From NCBI GenBank assembly GCA_001179505.1, contig CDMY01000624.1:1-64000 (forward strand): a DNA stretch of 64,000 bases, written 5' to 3'. Both the position numbers and the translations under genes were made by a program. The DNA is from Vitrella brassicaformis CCMP3155. Its lineage: Eukaryota; Protista; Chromerida. The notes under the pieces were generated by a model. It did not search any database. It was given only the letters and a program-made list of their open reading frames with translations, and was not told the origin of the DNA. Shown here piece by piece: positions 37,061 through 49,909 of this stretch (position 1 is its first letter; each line of letters opens with the position of its first letter).

Positions 37061-37469
37061 AGCAGACAAACGACACACATGCATAAGTCTCAGAGCCGCT
37101 GTCCCTTCCTTCCCTCCCGCGCACCGCACTCACCAGCCATCTGAATATGGTGTGTATGTCGACAAAGAGCCCCACGCCACACACAAACATGGATATGAGC
37201 GCCCGAAAGGTGTTGTGGAGGGCCACTTGGGTCTCATAGAAGAAGCACAGCGGCCCCAGAGAAACCAGGTGCACCACGCACAGCACCCGCACAATGTACA
37301 CCTGGTAGCGGATGAAGGTCGCCTCGTGGTTCAGGATGCAGTAGAGCGCGAGGAAGAGGAACAAAAAGATGGCCAGCGTCGCGGCGCCCAGCTCAATCAG
37401 GTACCAGTGCAGCTGCGATTGGAGCGGGAACTCGTGCTCCGTGATGCTACCGATGTCGCTGGACGACAT
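35231..37469 (-). CDS. Hypothetical membrane protein with about four TM segments and a long acidic C-terminal tail
   Basis: Hydrophobic helices in exons 1-4 join in frame across GT-AG introns (e.g. IG/YLDCQMFGQC). The tail has (EEG)n repeats at about 35300-35375 and ends KTPKTPKTPKWRDFE*. Confidence 0.7.
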
Positions 37470-37757
37470 TGTCGACGTCGGCGGGGAAAATGGTGTGGGG
37501 GCCTGGTGGGGGTCAAAAACGTCGGCGTCTCCGAGTCGTCACTCGCTTTCAACAAAGATGAGCTGCTTTGCATCCGCGCTCTAGCGCCATAGCCATTCGG
37601 CGTCTGCTCCACACTCCACGGACGATCCAGCGCATGAATTTACACACAGACAGCCGGTCTTTGAGTGTTCATCAACAACGTTAGGATGAGCCAGTTTAGC
37701 CCTTGATCGCAGCAGCTGTACAACAAAGTACCGCAACATCGTCAAACCATCGTGGCG

Positions 37758-40700
37758 ATGAAGCGCAACGCTCCCAAGGCTTCCCCGAAGGCCTCCCGCC
37801 CCCTCTCGCCCAACAACAACCGGCAGCAGCAGCAACAGGGCGGCGCCAACAAGCCAGGAGCCAACAACAGGGGCGGCAGGGGCGGCGGCAACAACAACGC
37901 CAATAACAGCAATGCGCCAGCAGGTGGTGCGGCTGGCAGAGGAGGGAATGCTCGGGGCGGGGGAGGCGGCGGTGCGGCGGCTTCATCATCGCGGGCTGGC
38001 AGCTCTGCCGCGAGCGTCACTCGGTCGACGCGAAAGAAGGATGGTAACACTAAGCCGAGCGAGTAAGCGTATGGGGGGAATGGGTGTGCGGGTGGATGGA
38101 TGGATGGACGGATGGATGGATGGGTGCAGGAATGATGCGTCGAAGGCCCCTATGACGCGAGAGAGGGCAGAGGACATCCTGCGCAAGGCTTTCAGGTCGG
38201 CCTTTGTGTGGCGTGCGGACGAACATAATATATTGTTCGCTTCATCCTCATCTTCTTTCTGTCTTTCAGGGGTCATTTGTTTCGCAAGCGCGTCACCCAG
38301 ATGCTCAAGGACGTCAAGACATGTATGTATGGCAGTGTGTTTATTGGGATAAGGCTGCATGCACAGACGTCTACTTGGTGTGTCTGGGTGTGTGGCAGCC
38401 GAGCAGTACATGACCAAACTCAAGCTGGACAAGTATTCTCACACAGACAGACAGACAGACCGACAGAGGCAGAAGAGGCAGATGAGGAGGATACTATCTC
38501 TCTGTGTTTTCCTTGTGCGTGTGCATGTGTGTGCGTGTGGCCATCCGTCCACAGGTCGGAGGTGTATCTGCTGCAGCAGCTGGTGATCGAGCGCAAGTCG
38601 CGGCTGGGCCACGGCATGTCGGGCAACGTAGTCAAATGCACCGACGCAAATCAAACCAAACACTTCGCCATGAAGGTAGGTACCTCTCCCCTCCTCCCTC
38701 CCTCCCTCCCTCCCTCATGTGTGTCGGTGTGTGTGTGTGCAGGGTTTGGACCTGACAGTGTACAAGAGCAAGAGTGAGAAGGAGCGCGAGAAGAAGAAAA
38801 AGGAGGGCGGCAAGGATGGGGGCAAGGACAAGGAGGACTCCCCGCTCCAGAGGATCAAGAAGAAATGCGGCGTCAAGGACGACGGTACACACGTGTGCAG
38901 ATGGGCATGGGCAGCGGGGAAGTGTGTCATGGGTGTCAGTATGTGTCTATGTGTGCAGAGGGGGAGAATAACGACGCTGGCGACAAGGAGGACAAGGAGA
39001 AGAGGAAGCGGAAAGAACAGGACTTCATCGCATCACAGGTCGGCACGGCAGCGAGCCCAGCCACACACACCTACACACACACATGGATGGATGGATGGAT
39101 GGACACGTTTCCACACCCCTCTGTGTCTTTCCTTCTCCATGTGTTAAGTTGCGTTCGTTTGAGATAGAGGTCGACTTCCTGAAGCGTCTCAAGGCCTCCA
39201 ACCACCCCAACATCGTCTACCTAGAGGGCATCGCAATCTCGCCCCCACACTACTGCATTCGTACCTATCCATCCATCCATCCACAATACTCATCTGACCT
39301 TATTTCTCAGTGACACGTTTGGAGAAGCATGCCCTGGCGACCAATGTGCGTGTGTTGGCCTTTGAGAAGGGCCGCCGGGGGGTGCTGCCGACCCCCATGG
39401 CGAGCCTGTCGCCATACGACCTGCCGCAACAGCTTAGCATGGGAGCTGAGGTACACCGGGACATGGATCTACGTCTGTCTGTGTAGGTGTATGTGTGTGT
39501 GTGTGTGTGTGTGTGAGCGCAGATAGCCTCTGCCGTGGCCGAGCTGCACAAGCACATGATACTTCACAGAGACATCAAGTCCAACAACGTCCTGGTACGG
39601 TACGGCACGCCTACCACACCACACCGTGACGCACACACACACGCACGCCCACACCCCACCCCACGCACATCTCAGATGTGCATCTAAACAGATTCGTCAG
39701 ACGCCGACGGATGGAGGTTATCCGTCGGTGTGTCTGTGTGACTTCGGCATAGCGCGCCAGATGAAGGAGGAGGGTCGCGGCATATACCCTGGCAACGGCG
39801 GTACCTACACCACACACATGTCTCTCTCTGTCTGCCCATGGACGGATCGATGTGTGTGTGTGTGTGTCAATCAGCGGGCACACCATCGTACAAGGCGCCG
39901 GAGGTGATCTCAGAGCACGGTAGGGATAGCTATAATGGACAGGTACATCTCGTTGACGTCGATTCGTGCTTGTTGTCTGTTCAGGGTTCTACTCGATGGC
40001 AGGCGACGTGTGGGGCATCGGGGCCGTGCTCAGCGAGCTCTTCGCAGGCACGCACCAATGCCATGCAGACACATAATGACGCTCCACCTGTACAGTGTAT
40101 AGGTATCTTCGTGGGCGTGTGTGCACTGTGCAGGTGTGCAGTCGCTGTGCCAGTGGGTGTCCATCACCAACAACCAGAAGGACAAACGAGTCCTCAGCGG
40201 ATTCGCTGTCAGCCGCCCACCCCACCCACAACACACACACACACACACAGATGCATGTCAGCACCTACGTGTGCGGTGTCGTGTTAATCCCCCCAGCTGC
40301 CGCCGCTGCCCGATTCGGTCCCTGCTGGCCCCAAGGAGGTCATCCTGGTGACCAAAACAAACCAACACATGTACAGCACGCCCACCACCATGTTTGTGTT
40401 GTATTGCGTACCTGCGTGCAGCGGTGCATGCAGTACGAGGCGCCCCTGCGCCCATCTGCCGCACAGGTGAGTGCGGTGCTTGGCGGGCACACCACACAAA
40501 GACGCGACGCGTGTGTGGGTGCGAGTGTGTGTGCAGGTAGCGGCTGTGTTGCGTCGGCTGCTCAAGGAGTACGAGGAGGAGAACGCCTTCCCGCCCAAAG
40601 CCAAACGAGGCACGAACAACACAACACAACACAACACACCCAAATGTGTGTTCATATTTGCGGGCTGCCCGCCTGTGTCCATCCATCCACAGGCACGCGC

Positions 40701-41705
40701 ATCAAGAGCAATGACGCCAAGAGTGCCGGGGCGAGTGCAGGTAGTGACGACGCGGCCGCCAAGGGGGCGGCGCTCGACCCCCTGCCGGAGGACCTACACG
40801 TACGCACACACAAACCATCACACACATGGACAGACAGCTCATGAAGAGAGAGAGAGACACGCATTATTGTGGCCATCAAATGAATGAGTTTGTTCAGTAT
40901 GAGTACTACCTGCGGCTGGGCGTGGCCTCCTTTCGCATGAGATCGCAGCGCGCAAACGCATACGTACACCCACACACACAGAGACACAGATACACACACA
41001 CAGACACACACAAAGATCCATACGATGGCCGATGGCATGAGTGCAGCAAATGTTGGACGAGTTGGAGAAGAAGCGATATGAGACCATGAAGGAGGCCGAC
41101 AAGATGCTTGTGCGGGTCGGCCACACGGACCATCCACAGCAACATCTTACGCAGTCACTGACACACCTCCTGTGCCCCTCTGTCTGTCTGTCTGTCTGTC
41201 TGTCTGCTGCAGCGTTTGTCGGTGATGGCTCGTTTTCAGGAGGAGAAGTACCGTCGCGAGCGGCAGCCCGAGGAGGGAGACGACCACTTCGCTCTCATCC
41301 CACAATATAACGGGCAAGGTACAGTACACGCCCTACACACGCATTCATTCTGGCTGGATGGACGGATGGATGTGTGAGTGTGCGCATGCGTGTTGGCTGC
41401 AGGGACGTACGTGGCTGACCCGAACGTGGTCAAGCAGGGGTGGGTGTCGCCCTACCAGCGGTCGCCCTACCGCAACAGCACTATGCGCTCATACAAATGG
41501 CTTCTGCAGGGTGAGGGGCTCAATGGATGGATGGATGGATGGCTGACTTACACACCTGCGCGCCTCTCTGCATGTCTCTCTCTCTCTGTGTGTGTGTGTG
41601 TGAGCAGGTGTGAAGCCGACAGTGCCCAAAGGCAGCGTGGCGTTCGGCGGTTCGCACAACAAGTGGGTGCAGAGTGAGACCGGCAAGTGGGTCAGGCAGC
41701 AGTAG
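37758..41705 (+). CDS. Serine/threonine protein kinase with low-complexity N-terminus and charged/coiled-coil C-terminus
   Basis: LGHGMSGNV, FAMK, EVDFLKRL...HPNIVYL, HRDIKSNNVL, CDFGIAR, GTPSYKAPE and DVWGIG are present, so all catalytic residues appear intact. Confidence 0.9.
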
Positions 41706-41918
41706 CTGAGAGTTGGGTGGGGGCCTCAGTGAGGGAGGGGTGGGTGGGTGTGCATACCGGGGGGCTGGCATCCATCGACCACATGTCCATTTGTGTAAAG
41801 GGGTGAAGTGAGACACATTTGTACTTACGCGTGGAAGACACACATTTCTTGACGGACACAGTCGGCTTATGCATGACGTGAATACATGTCCAGGTGTGCA
41901 GGCGCATATCTCATGACG

Positions 41919-43924
41919 TCACGCTTTCGTGAGTGTCCTAGCACCAAATCTGTTTGGCGCAAAAGGCCTCAGGTCCACACACGACGACTCGCCAGTGGCT
42001 ATCAGCTCAGCCAAACCTTTCCCAGTGGCTGGGGCATTCAGAATCCCCTGCACCACACACACACGTCTGTGTGTCGCTGTGTGCATGGTTACGTACCCAG
42101 CATGAGTGTCCGGTTGCGACGTAGACGCCATTGCAGCCAGGCACTTCACCTGGACACATGGGGGAAACACACAGCACTTTTTAAGTTGCCCATGAGCACC
42201 ACCCAGATGAGTGCATGTGTGTGTGTGTGAGGGTGCACAGGCCGCCGACCGATGAGTGGTGTGTTGTCAGGGGAGAGGGGCAGGAAGCAGCACGAGACGC
42301 CCTCAACAGATGTGCCTGTTTGCAATAGTGACAGACACAGACACAGACACTCACTTGTGTGTATACCCCCGTGTGTGTGTGTGTCAGACCTTGCAGAGCT
42401 CCACTCATCGTGTCGGCCATCTGTTTTAGCCTCTGGCCTTTCTCCTCTTCAGGCACCACTGCACCTGGGTCGTCTGCACACATACACACACACACACACA
42501 CAGACAGACACACGCACACACACACACGAGATACTCCCACGTGTGGACCCACACGCACGACTCACTCATATCATCAACGAACCTGGCACAGGCACCATGT
42601 CGGGAAAGCCGCACATGTACACCTCATTGTCAGGCCGTGGGTAGATCTCGGGGTCCTCACTGCCACGCCACCCGCCCATTCGGTTGCGATTGTGGTACTG
42701 GATGAACAGACAGTGGTTCGATATCGCTGCTTTGGGCCGCATCGTGATGCTGTGATAACGCTGGCCTGATGACCACACACGCAGAAGAGAACACCTGCAT
42801 GTAGGTGTGTGGGTGTCTCGTGAGTGAAGCCACCTCCGATCTGCGGCAGAGCGAGCCATTTGGCGGCCTCTTTTGTCCAGGGTCCCATTGCAATCACCAC
42901 CTTCTCGCAAGGAATGACAGTGCCGTCAACCTTGACGCCAGTCACGCTCCGGTCGTCGGCCATCTCGATCGCCTCCACCCTGCCGATTCGCAGCTGTGCG
43001 CCTCGCCTCGTGGCGCCAGCCAGCAGCGCTTCTGTGAGCAATCGGGGATGCACCTACAGAGAGGAGAGAGAGGCACATACATACCATACGCCCATCTGTG
43101 TTCGTGGGGTCGGGGCAGCCGGACCTGTGCAGTTGTGCTCTCGTCGCCGAGTTTGCCGTTCGCCCAGACATTCTTGTCCAGCCATTCGGGCAGCTGCCCG
43201 CCGCCACCAGTGCCCCGAGTGCCTGTGTTCCTGCCGCTGTCGGTGTCTGACGCCATGACACCGATGGTGTGCACTTGCCGATACATGACGTCAGCCCTTT
43301 CCTCTTCCTGCACACAGACAGACAGACAGACCCAGAGGCAGATCATCAGTGTGCTGGCTGGTAGGGATGTGTGTGACCTTCAGCTGCTTCGCCAGCTGGG
43401 CGTGAAGCGCATAGGACACCCGCGCGAGGGGACCGACAGGGCTGTGGTCATTCCTGGCGACGAATCGCGGGAATCTTGCATGCACTGTGCGTGAGTGAAT
43501 CATTCCACTGCTCACCAGTGCTTCGCCAGAAAACCGCCCGCCTTGCCGGACGCAGCACAGGCCGGCTTGGTCCGCTCAACTATGATTGACTTGACGGCAT
43601 GCTCCCGCGCCAGGTGGTATGCCACGGAACAGCCAATGATGCCGCCGCCACAGATCACCACCTGACACAGCAAACACACAAACAAAGAAGTCCATCTCTT
43701 TTGAATGCACGAAATGAAGGGGCGCCTGGCGTCATTGCAGTGCATTCGCTTCCCACCTTTGCCTGCTGCGATTCATCGCTCATCGTCGTCGTTGCCTTGT
43801 GCTGCCTGGAAGAGTGCCTTATCCGCAAGATCTTCGCTGGCAGATCGACAAACGGGACAAAAGCTGATGTGTTCACATGTGAGAGGTGCAGCAGCAACAA
43901 CAGAGGGCCTTTTTTGAGGAGCAT
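41919..43924 (-). CDS. FAD-dependent oxidoreductase, DAO/glycine-oxidase superfamily (TDA3-like), with signal peptide + SAF leader
   Basis: VVICGGGIIGCSVAYHL (Rossmann), AASGKAGGFLA, VHPRLLTEALL, VVIAMGPW, PEIYPRPD and GILNAPATG. N-terminus MLLKKGPLLLLLHLSHVNTSA-FVPF. Confidence 0.88.
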
Positions 43925-44002
43925 TTGATTTCTGCCGATCCGTCTGCGAGCTAAGCTTGCGGGGAGAACTGAAATGGGAGAAAAGGGACGGGCAGATGCA
44001 CC

Positions 44003-46990
44003 ATGATGATCCCCGTGCTAGACAAGGACAACATCTTCGACTTGACCGCCGTCCCGCACCCCGTAGAAGACGGCCCCAGCAGCCCCACCCAGCAGCAGCG
44101 CCGCACCCAGCAGCAGCGCCGGGAGTCCTTCTCAGCCATCGGCGTGTCCAAGATATGGCACTCGGGGTATACACTCAACTTCGCCATTCCTGCAGAGGTG
44201 CCAGGGGATGAAGACGACGAGCCATCCATCCACACTGACAGACACGAGGACTCCGAGGCTGAGGACGCACAGCCACAAGCTGCAGCAGCCGATGAAGAAA
44301 GTGACTCCGAGGTGCGAGATGGCGGCGTCCAGTTCGAGAAGAGCGTCTCCCACGCCCCTCTCCCCGTGTCGAAGGTCTTCCATGACATCCCTGGCAGTGC
44401 CAGCCACCCACACAGAAAGAACTTGAAGAGGTTTAAGTGGCTGAGGACGGGCACATTTCGCCAGCCCTCGTTTATCAAGTCGTGGATGATGCGGACAACC
44501 AGTCAGAGGCTGGGTGAGGAGCGAGCGTGTGTGGGGTGCTGGATGCTCCTGAGGGTCATGGCTCTGCTTCTGTTGCCGCTCGGGATTGGAATTCTTTGGA
44601 TATCGCTGCCCTTGAAGAGGCCCAGGGAACCGTGGGCTGAGCAGATGGCGTATTTCTGGGGTAAGCCAGAAGCGAGACAGAGACAGAGACAGGGACGCAT
44701 TCATTTTTCCCATCCCCCGCTTCAGGTTACCTGCCAATGTTTCGCCTCATGATCGGTGTCCTGCCCTCGACGTGGATCCCCGCACTCCTCCAGGAGCGAG
44801 TCACCATCTGGACTCTCCTGGCAGGCATTCTGCCAGGCCTCTTCGGGCCTCTCCTCACCCTCCTCGTATCCGTCGCACGCAGCGAAACAGGCATCCCTGC
44901 GCACACGTTTTTAGTCGGTATCCCGGTGTTTGGCTTACAATGCTTTGCGATGATCTTCGCCTTCCCCCGCTGGCGGGAGAGGTACTGGCTGGACCGCCGT
45001 GGCCGCATGCGGTGGCTGAAGATGACCATAGTCTGCATGTTCGCTCCCATGCTCTGGTTGGCCGCCGTCCTATACACAGTAAGGGAGAGACACATAAGCG
45101 AGAGAGACACAAGCGAAAGGGGCCGCATTACATCTGCCCTGTGCTTCTGCGATGTGATTATGACAGTACGTCATTGTGAAGGTGGCCAAGGCCAAAATCG
45201 TCTGGTAATGATCCGAAAAAGATGATCGAGGGAAAGGGCGTGACGATCCTTCAGTGAGAACGCTTGTTTTTCCGTTCTTTTACAGGCTGCATGCGCTTCT
45301 TGTCTTCGCTTTTCCATTTTTCGGTGACCTAAGAGGCGTCTCTATGAGACATTCCCTACGAGACACACTGGCTCGACGTCTATGGCTGACTGTGTGCAGG
45401 TCGCGAGAGCGTGCTGATTGCGAGACGGATCCTGCGGATAACCAGGCGCAAAATGGAGGTCGCGGGAAGCATGTAAGCCGAACAGGAGCAGACACACAAA
45501 GGTGCTGGCAGCAGCTCACTTCCGTGTGCGCATGCACAGGCTGCCAGAAATGGTGACGCACCAGGCACACGGGCGTCGACACACAGATGCCACACCCGTG
45601 TGCCTCATTCCTTCTGTGTGTTCGTCAGGTGACGACCATGTATCTCTCTCTTTTGTTTCCCGGGATCCCGCCGTGGATCTTCATGGTGACACTCGTCGAG
45701 CGGTGCATTCTTTTAGCGTGGCCCGGGCTGTCCGTCATCGTAGAGCACAAGAAAGCCGTCTCGAGAAAGTTCCAGCAGGGCTATTTCCCCATTGAGGTGG
45801 CCATCGAGCCCGACAGAGCTTCCGCCTTGGGGTATGTGTTGGCGTGCCTGAGGTGCTTCAAGCAACCCGAGACATCGCCCCGGAGTAGCAAAGGGCTCAG
45901 CCTGAGCGTTTCCCAGGGCCAGCCTGCTGCTCAAAATGACAGCGACACCACCGCCACCAATAACAAAGTCCTCTTCGACTTGCGCGACGATGCTGCGGAC
46001 GACCAAGCGGCCAACGACGAGCTGTCATCAAAGCAGCCGAAGGAGCAGCGGGTGTCGAAAGACAGCAGCCAGAGTGACGAAGTGGTGGTGACGAGCACGC
46101 CACCAGCAGAGCAACCGGCACCGGCAGTTCCCCCAACGCCAGGGAGCCAGAGGCGGGGATCGGTGGCATCTCTGTTGCGGACTGGCAGTGGGAGGGAGGT
46201 GAGCGTGTACGACGTTGATGAGAAGGTGTCGGAGTTCGTGATGTGCACATCCGGCGTGTTCCTTATCAAGGCTTTTACTGAGGTGGGCACACACCACAGG
46301 AGAGACGCATAATGAACAACTCAAAGCTGTCGACGTCGGGAGCATTCAGTGCAAGCTGTGCCTCAGATTTGTGGCCCGTTTGAGGTCTGGTTGTACATCT
46401 GGTACCTGAGAGAATGCTCACCGAGGTGAGAAGCAGCCTCACTCACCATCTGCACACGCGATGCTTGGTCACGCATTCATTGTCTCCTTCCTTTCATCAG
46501 TGGGTACCTGTACCCGTCTTTTGAGCTGATGACGTCGTCCGCCTTTGATCGGTTCACCGTCTTCACCGGCGTGGTGATCATAGCCATGGTCATCGTCTCG
46601 CTGATCATCGCTCTCATCACCAGCCCCTACCTGCCTGTCACCAGTGAGCACAATGCGAGACACTCTCTCACTTACACACAGGCATTGGGCAATGGCTGAT
46701 GTGTCTGCTCAGAGCGGCGGATCATGTCTCGCCTGATCATGGAGGAAAGTCTCTACTACGCCATGCTGGGAGCACTCGTCATATCGCCCGTCTACCCAGT
46801 CATGCTACTGTCAGCCCACCACGCACATGCAATCAGGGAACACACATAGAGAGACACGAAGAGGGTTGGCACGTGCCACATGTCTCACTGTCTGTCTCCT
46901 GCGTGTGTGTCTGTTTGGCGTGCCTTCAGCACTCCGCACAATCTGTTCCCGCTCGATCTGAAGGTCACGCTAACGAGTGGCTGACACAGA
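44003..46990 (+). CDS. Multi-pass membrane hypothetical protein; 3' end approximate
   Basis: ORFs 44003-44660, 44727-45076, 45629-46282 and 46500-46640 carry multiple TM-like segments joined by GT-AG introns. No family recognised. Confidence 0.6.
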
Positions 46991-47568
46991 TGCCCCATGC
47001 AGGGATCCATCGATATATATGGGCGAATTGGGTGCGGTGCATTCAATGCAGGTGACACCGACTGACGAAATCAGCAATCGACTATTGCCAACATTCAACT
47101 GACTGACTGACTGCTTTAAGAGTCATATAGAGCTAGCTGCGTGCTTCTGTCATTTTCGTCTGTCTGGCGCCTGAATTCTTGCTTACGTGGCGGTGTGTTT
47201 GTGCGGTTTTGTTGGCATGCGAATGTACTGGAATGATAAGGCGGTCGTTAAATGACCTTCCTCTCCTCTGTCTTGGCATCTATAAGTTGTCCGACGTCGC
47301 AAATGGCCCCCACGTTTCATATTGCATTCACAAGCACCACGTCCAAGTTCTGCTCCCTTTTGCTGACGTCCAAATGAGAGCAAACAAAACAAAAGACAAA
47401 GCACGCTGGCGCATTGCAAACTGACCTATTCACCACCCCACGTTTAGAACAAGCACCGCACCCACCGGGAGAGAAAGCCCCATGAACAGTGCCCTCCCCC
47501 TTCCACGCGAGACACGTTGGTACGCGAGACACATTGGGTAAGAGGACCACAGCCTGATCAATCATCAG

Positions 47569-48720
47569 TCAGCCCCTTCGCTCGCTCGCGAGCACGAAAA
47601 GCCACAGGCAGGTATAAAGGATGAAGCACACCCCGATGAGCACGAGGGGGGCTATGGTGAGGATGGTGTTTGTCGATCCAGCATCGTAGTTGCGGTGCAG
47701 TGACCAGCTGAGAGCCCACAGGAGCACTGCGAAATCGGTGAAGAGGCACAAGGTCAAGAATTGGCCACGCAAGAGGACGACCCGTGCGGCGAACCACAAG
47801 GCGACTGCACAAATGAGGATGGACAGGGAAACAGTGGCCATGCGCTCGGCGCTGAGGGTCTCGAGGTCATACGTCACCCAAGAGATTAGGTTGAGTAGCA
47901 GGGCGACCACCACCCACGTCGCGTAGATGAACAGCCCGTTGACGACCAGCGCGTGGAAAGTAAAGGCGTCGAAGTTGCAATTACATGGTTCAGGAACGGA
48001 ACGGCCCTTCCAGAAGACGGCCGCAATGGCGCCCCAGAGTCCTATGTTGACGAATAGGAGGAAGAGCACCGAGAGGCCCAGCATCTCGTTGGTCCACACG
48101 TAGACCCACACGGCATTCGACACACACGCCAGGCTGTACGAGACGTACTGAATGAAACACGCGCACAGAAGAGGCTCCATCAGGAAGCTTGTGTGTCAGG
48201 CCTTCGCTTACGAAGAGCGGCGTGAGAAGATGCTTGTCGAATGCACCGGTTTGGTCACCTTCATCCTGATGCCGCCTCCGACCAATCCGAAACCCGCAGA
48301 CCAGCGGCATAAAGGCGTCGTACAGTGCGAACACTAGCAGCAGGGTATTCCAAAGATAGATCACGCCCCAGATGGCGAACGCGCTGCCAGCTGGCGTGAT
48401 TGGAGTGTCATACTTGTCAGACACCTGCAGGCAGGCAGGCAGACAGACAGGCAGCCTACCGTTGGTGTCACATTCGCCATCTGCCTCAACTCACCTTTCC
48501 GACGGATTTGACCTCCTCGCCGAGGATGGCTGATCTGGAGCTGTCGAAGTTGAAGGCCAAGTTGAGCGCGAACAGCACCACCGTCAAGACGAAGAGCACA
48601 GCCACCAAACCAGCGGCAGCCTGGCGCGATATTTTGACTCGACAGCGCCCCGAGGTCCCGCCAGGCGAAGGGTTGTCGGGCGCTGTCGACTGGACTGTAC
48701 TAAAGGTCGGCCCCATCAGT
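47569..48720 (-). CDS. Trp-rich multi-pass membrane protein (TspO-like TPAGxAFxIWxxIY family), full copy
   Basis: VSDKYDTPITPAGSAFAIWGVIYLW, YSLACVSNAVWVYVW, GLFIYATWVVVALLLN, AVLLWALSWS; about 7-8 hydrophobic helices. The family name is from recollection of the motif. Confidence 0.7.
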
Positions 48721-49209
48721 AGCACTGATCAAACACGGCTGAATGGCGAGTGCGAAATGTGTTTGTCAGAGACCTCCGAAGAGGCAGCAAACTCACCTAC
48801 ACACACAACACAACAAGACCGGTCAGTCAGTCATGGCGTTCCCTTTGGTGTGTTCGTGACTGACCTGAGGGAGTCTGTACCAAGGGGAGGGCACCTTTTG
48901 CCTTTATTCCCATGTATTCCCATCAAGAAGCCCGCATAGCTCGCCACTGGATCTACGTAAGGCCTTGAAAGTGGGCAGAGGTGACGCGGAATGACAAGCT
49001 GAATCGATTTGCTTAAGCTTTCGTGCCGATTGGCTGACTGATTGGCGAGAAAATGTCCAAATACTGCGTGTTTGGGAATAGACAGTGCTCGTTCGTGATG
49101 CGCATTCATTGCCTTTGAATCTCTCATGCGTCCTCCCACAACCCTCTCACCACCCCCCTTGTGTCTCCATTCCCTCACACAAGCACTATTCACGCATTCC
49201 ACCCACACA

Positions 49210-49803
49210 CTACTCGTGCTTCTTGTTCTTCTTGCGCTTGGGGCGGCCGCCGTCTCCCTCCTCTGCCGCGGCCGCTGTGTCGGTCTCGAACTGGCTCATG
49301 CGCTTCCTCTTGATCGCACGCGAGGCACGCTCGTTGACGCCGAGAGCGGGGGGGATGCCGTACCAGCGGCCGTTTTTCTTGTATGGGGCGGGATGGGGTG
49401 GTGCGGGGATCTGTACCCGGCTGCTGTTTGCTGGGATCTGTGCTCGGCACCTTTACGCGGTCACCCACCCACCTACGCGAAGGCCAGTTTCTCCCCTTGG
49501 CGGCGCTGAAGAAAAAGGTTCTGGGGAGTAGACGCTCTGCAGCAGCGGTTTCATGGAGCACCCTAGGCGGCCTGGCGGCCAAGTCCCCTGTCGGTCTGTC
49601 CAACATGAAAACACGCACCCTAACATGCAACCCGGACACGCAACACGCAGCACGCAGAGGGCAGATGCAGCAAACAGGAGGATATGCAATGCGCTGGGTG
49701 GGCGTCTCGTCGAAATGCGAGCCCGAGTGTACGCACATTGTTCGCGACGTTCGATGCGTCGTTTCAACTTCGCTACCATCCTGTTGGTCGGCCTCTCCGC
49801 CAT
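49210..49803 (-). CDS. Small basic hypothetical protein
   Basis: MAERPTNRMVAKLKRRIERREQ start; last exon IPAPPHPAPYKKNGRWYGIPPALG...RPKRKKNKKHE*. The middle exons are not resolved. Confidence 0.45.
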
Positions 49804-49909
49804 CGGTCAGCGGCTAAGTGGTCAGCGGGCATCCTCACTGACCACGCATTATGAAAGATTTTCCTACATTGTGTGCATTTGTATGGCTGTTTTCCTTCAA
49901 TAACTGCTC

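Noticed and set aside
35231-37469. DHHC palmitoyltransferase as the identity of the four-TM protein
   Set aside because: No DHHC motif or Cys-rich domain in any exon.
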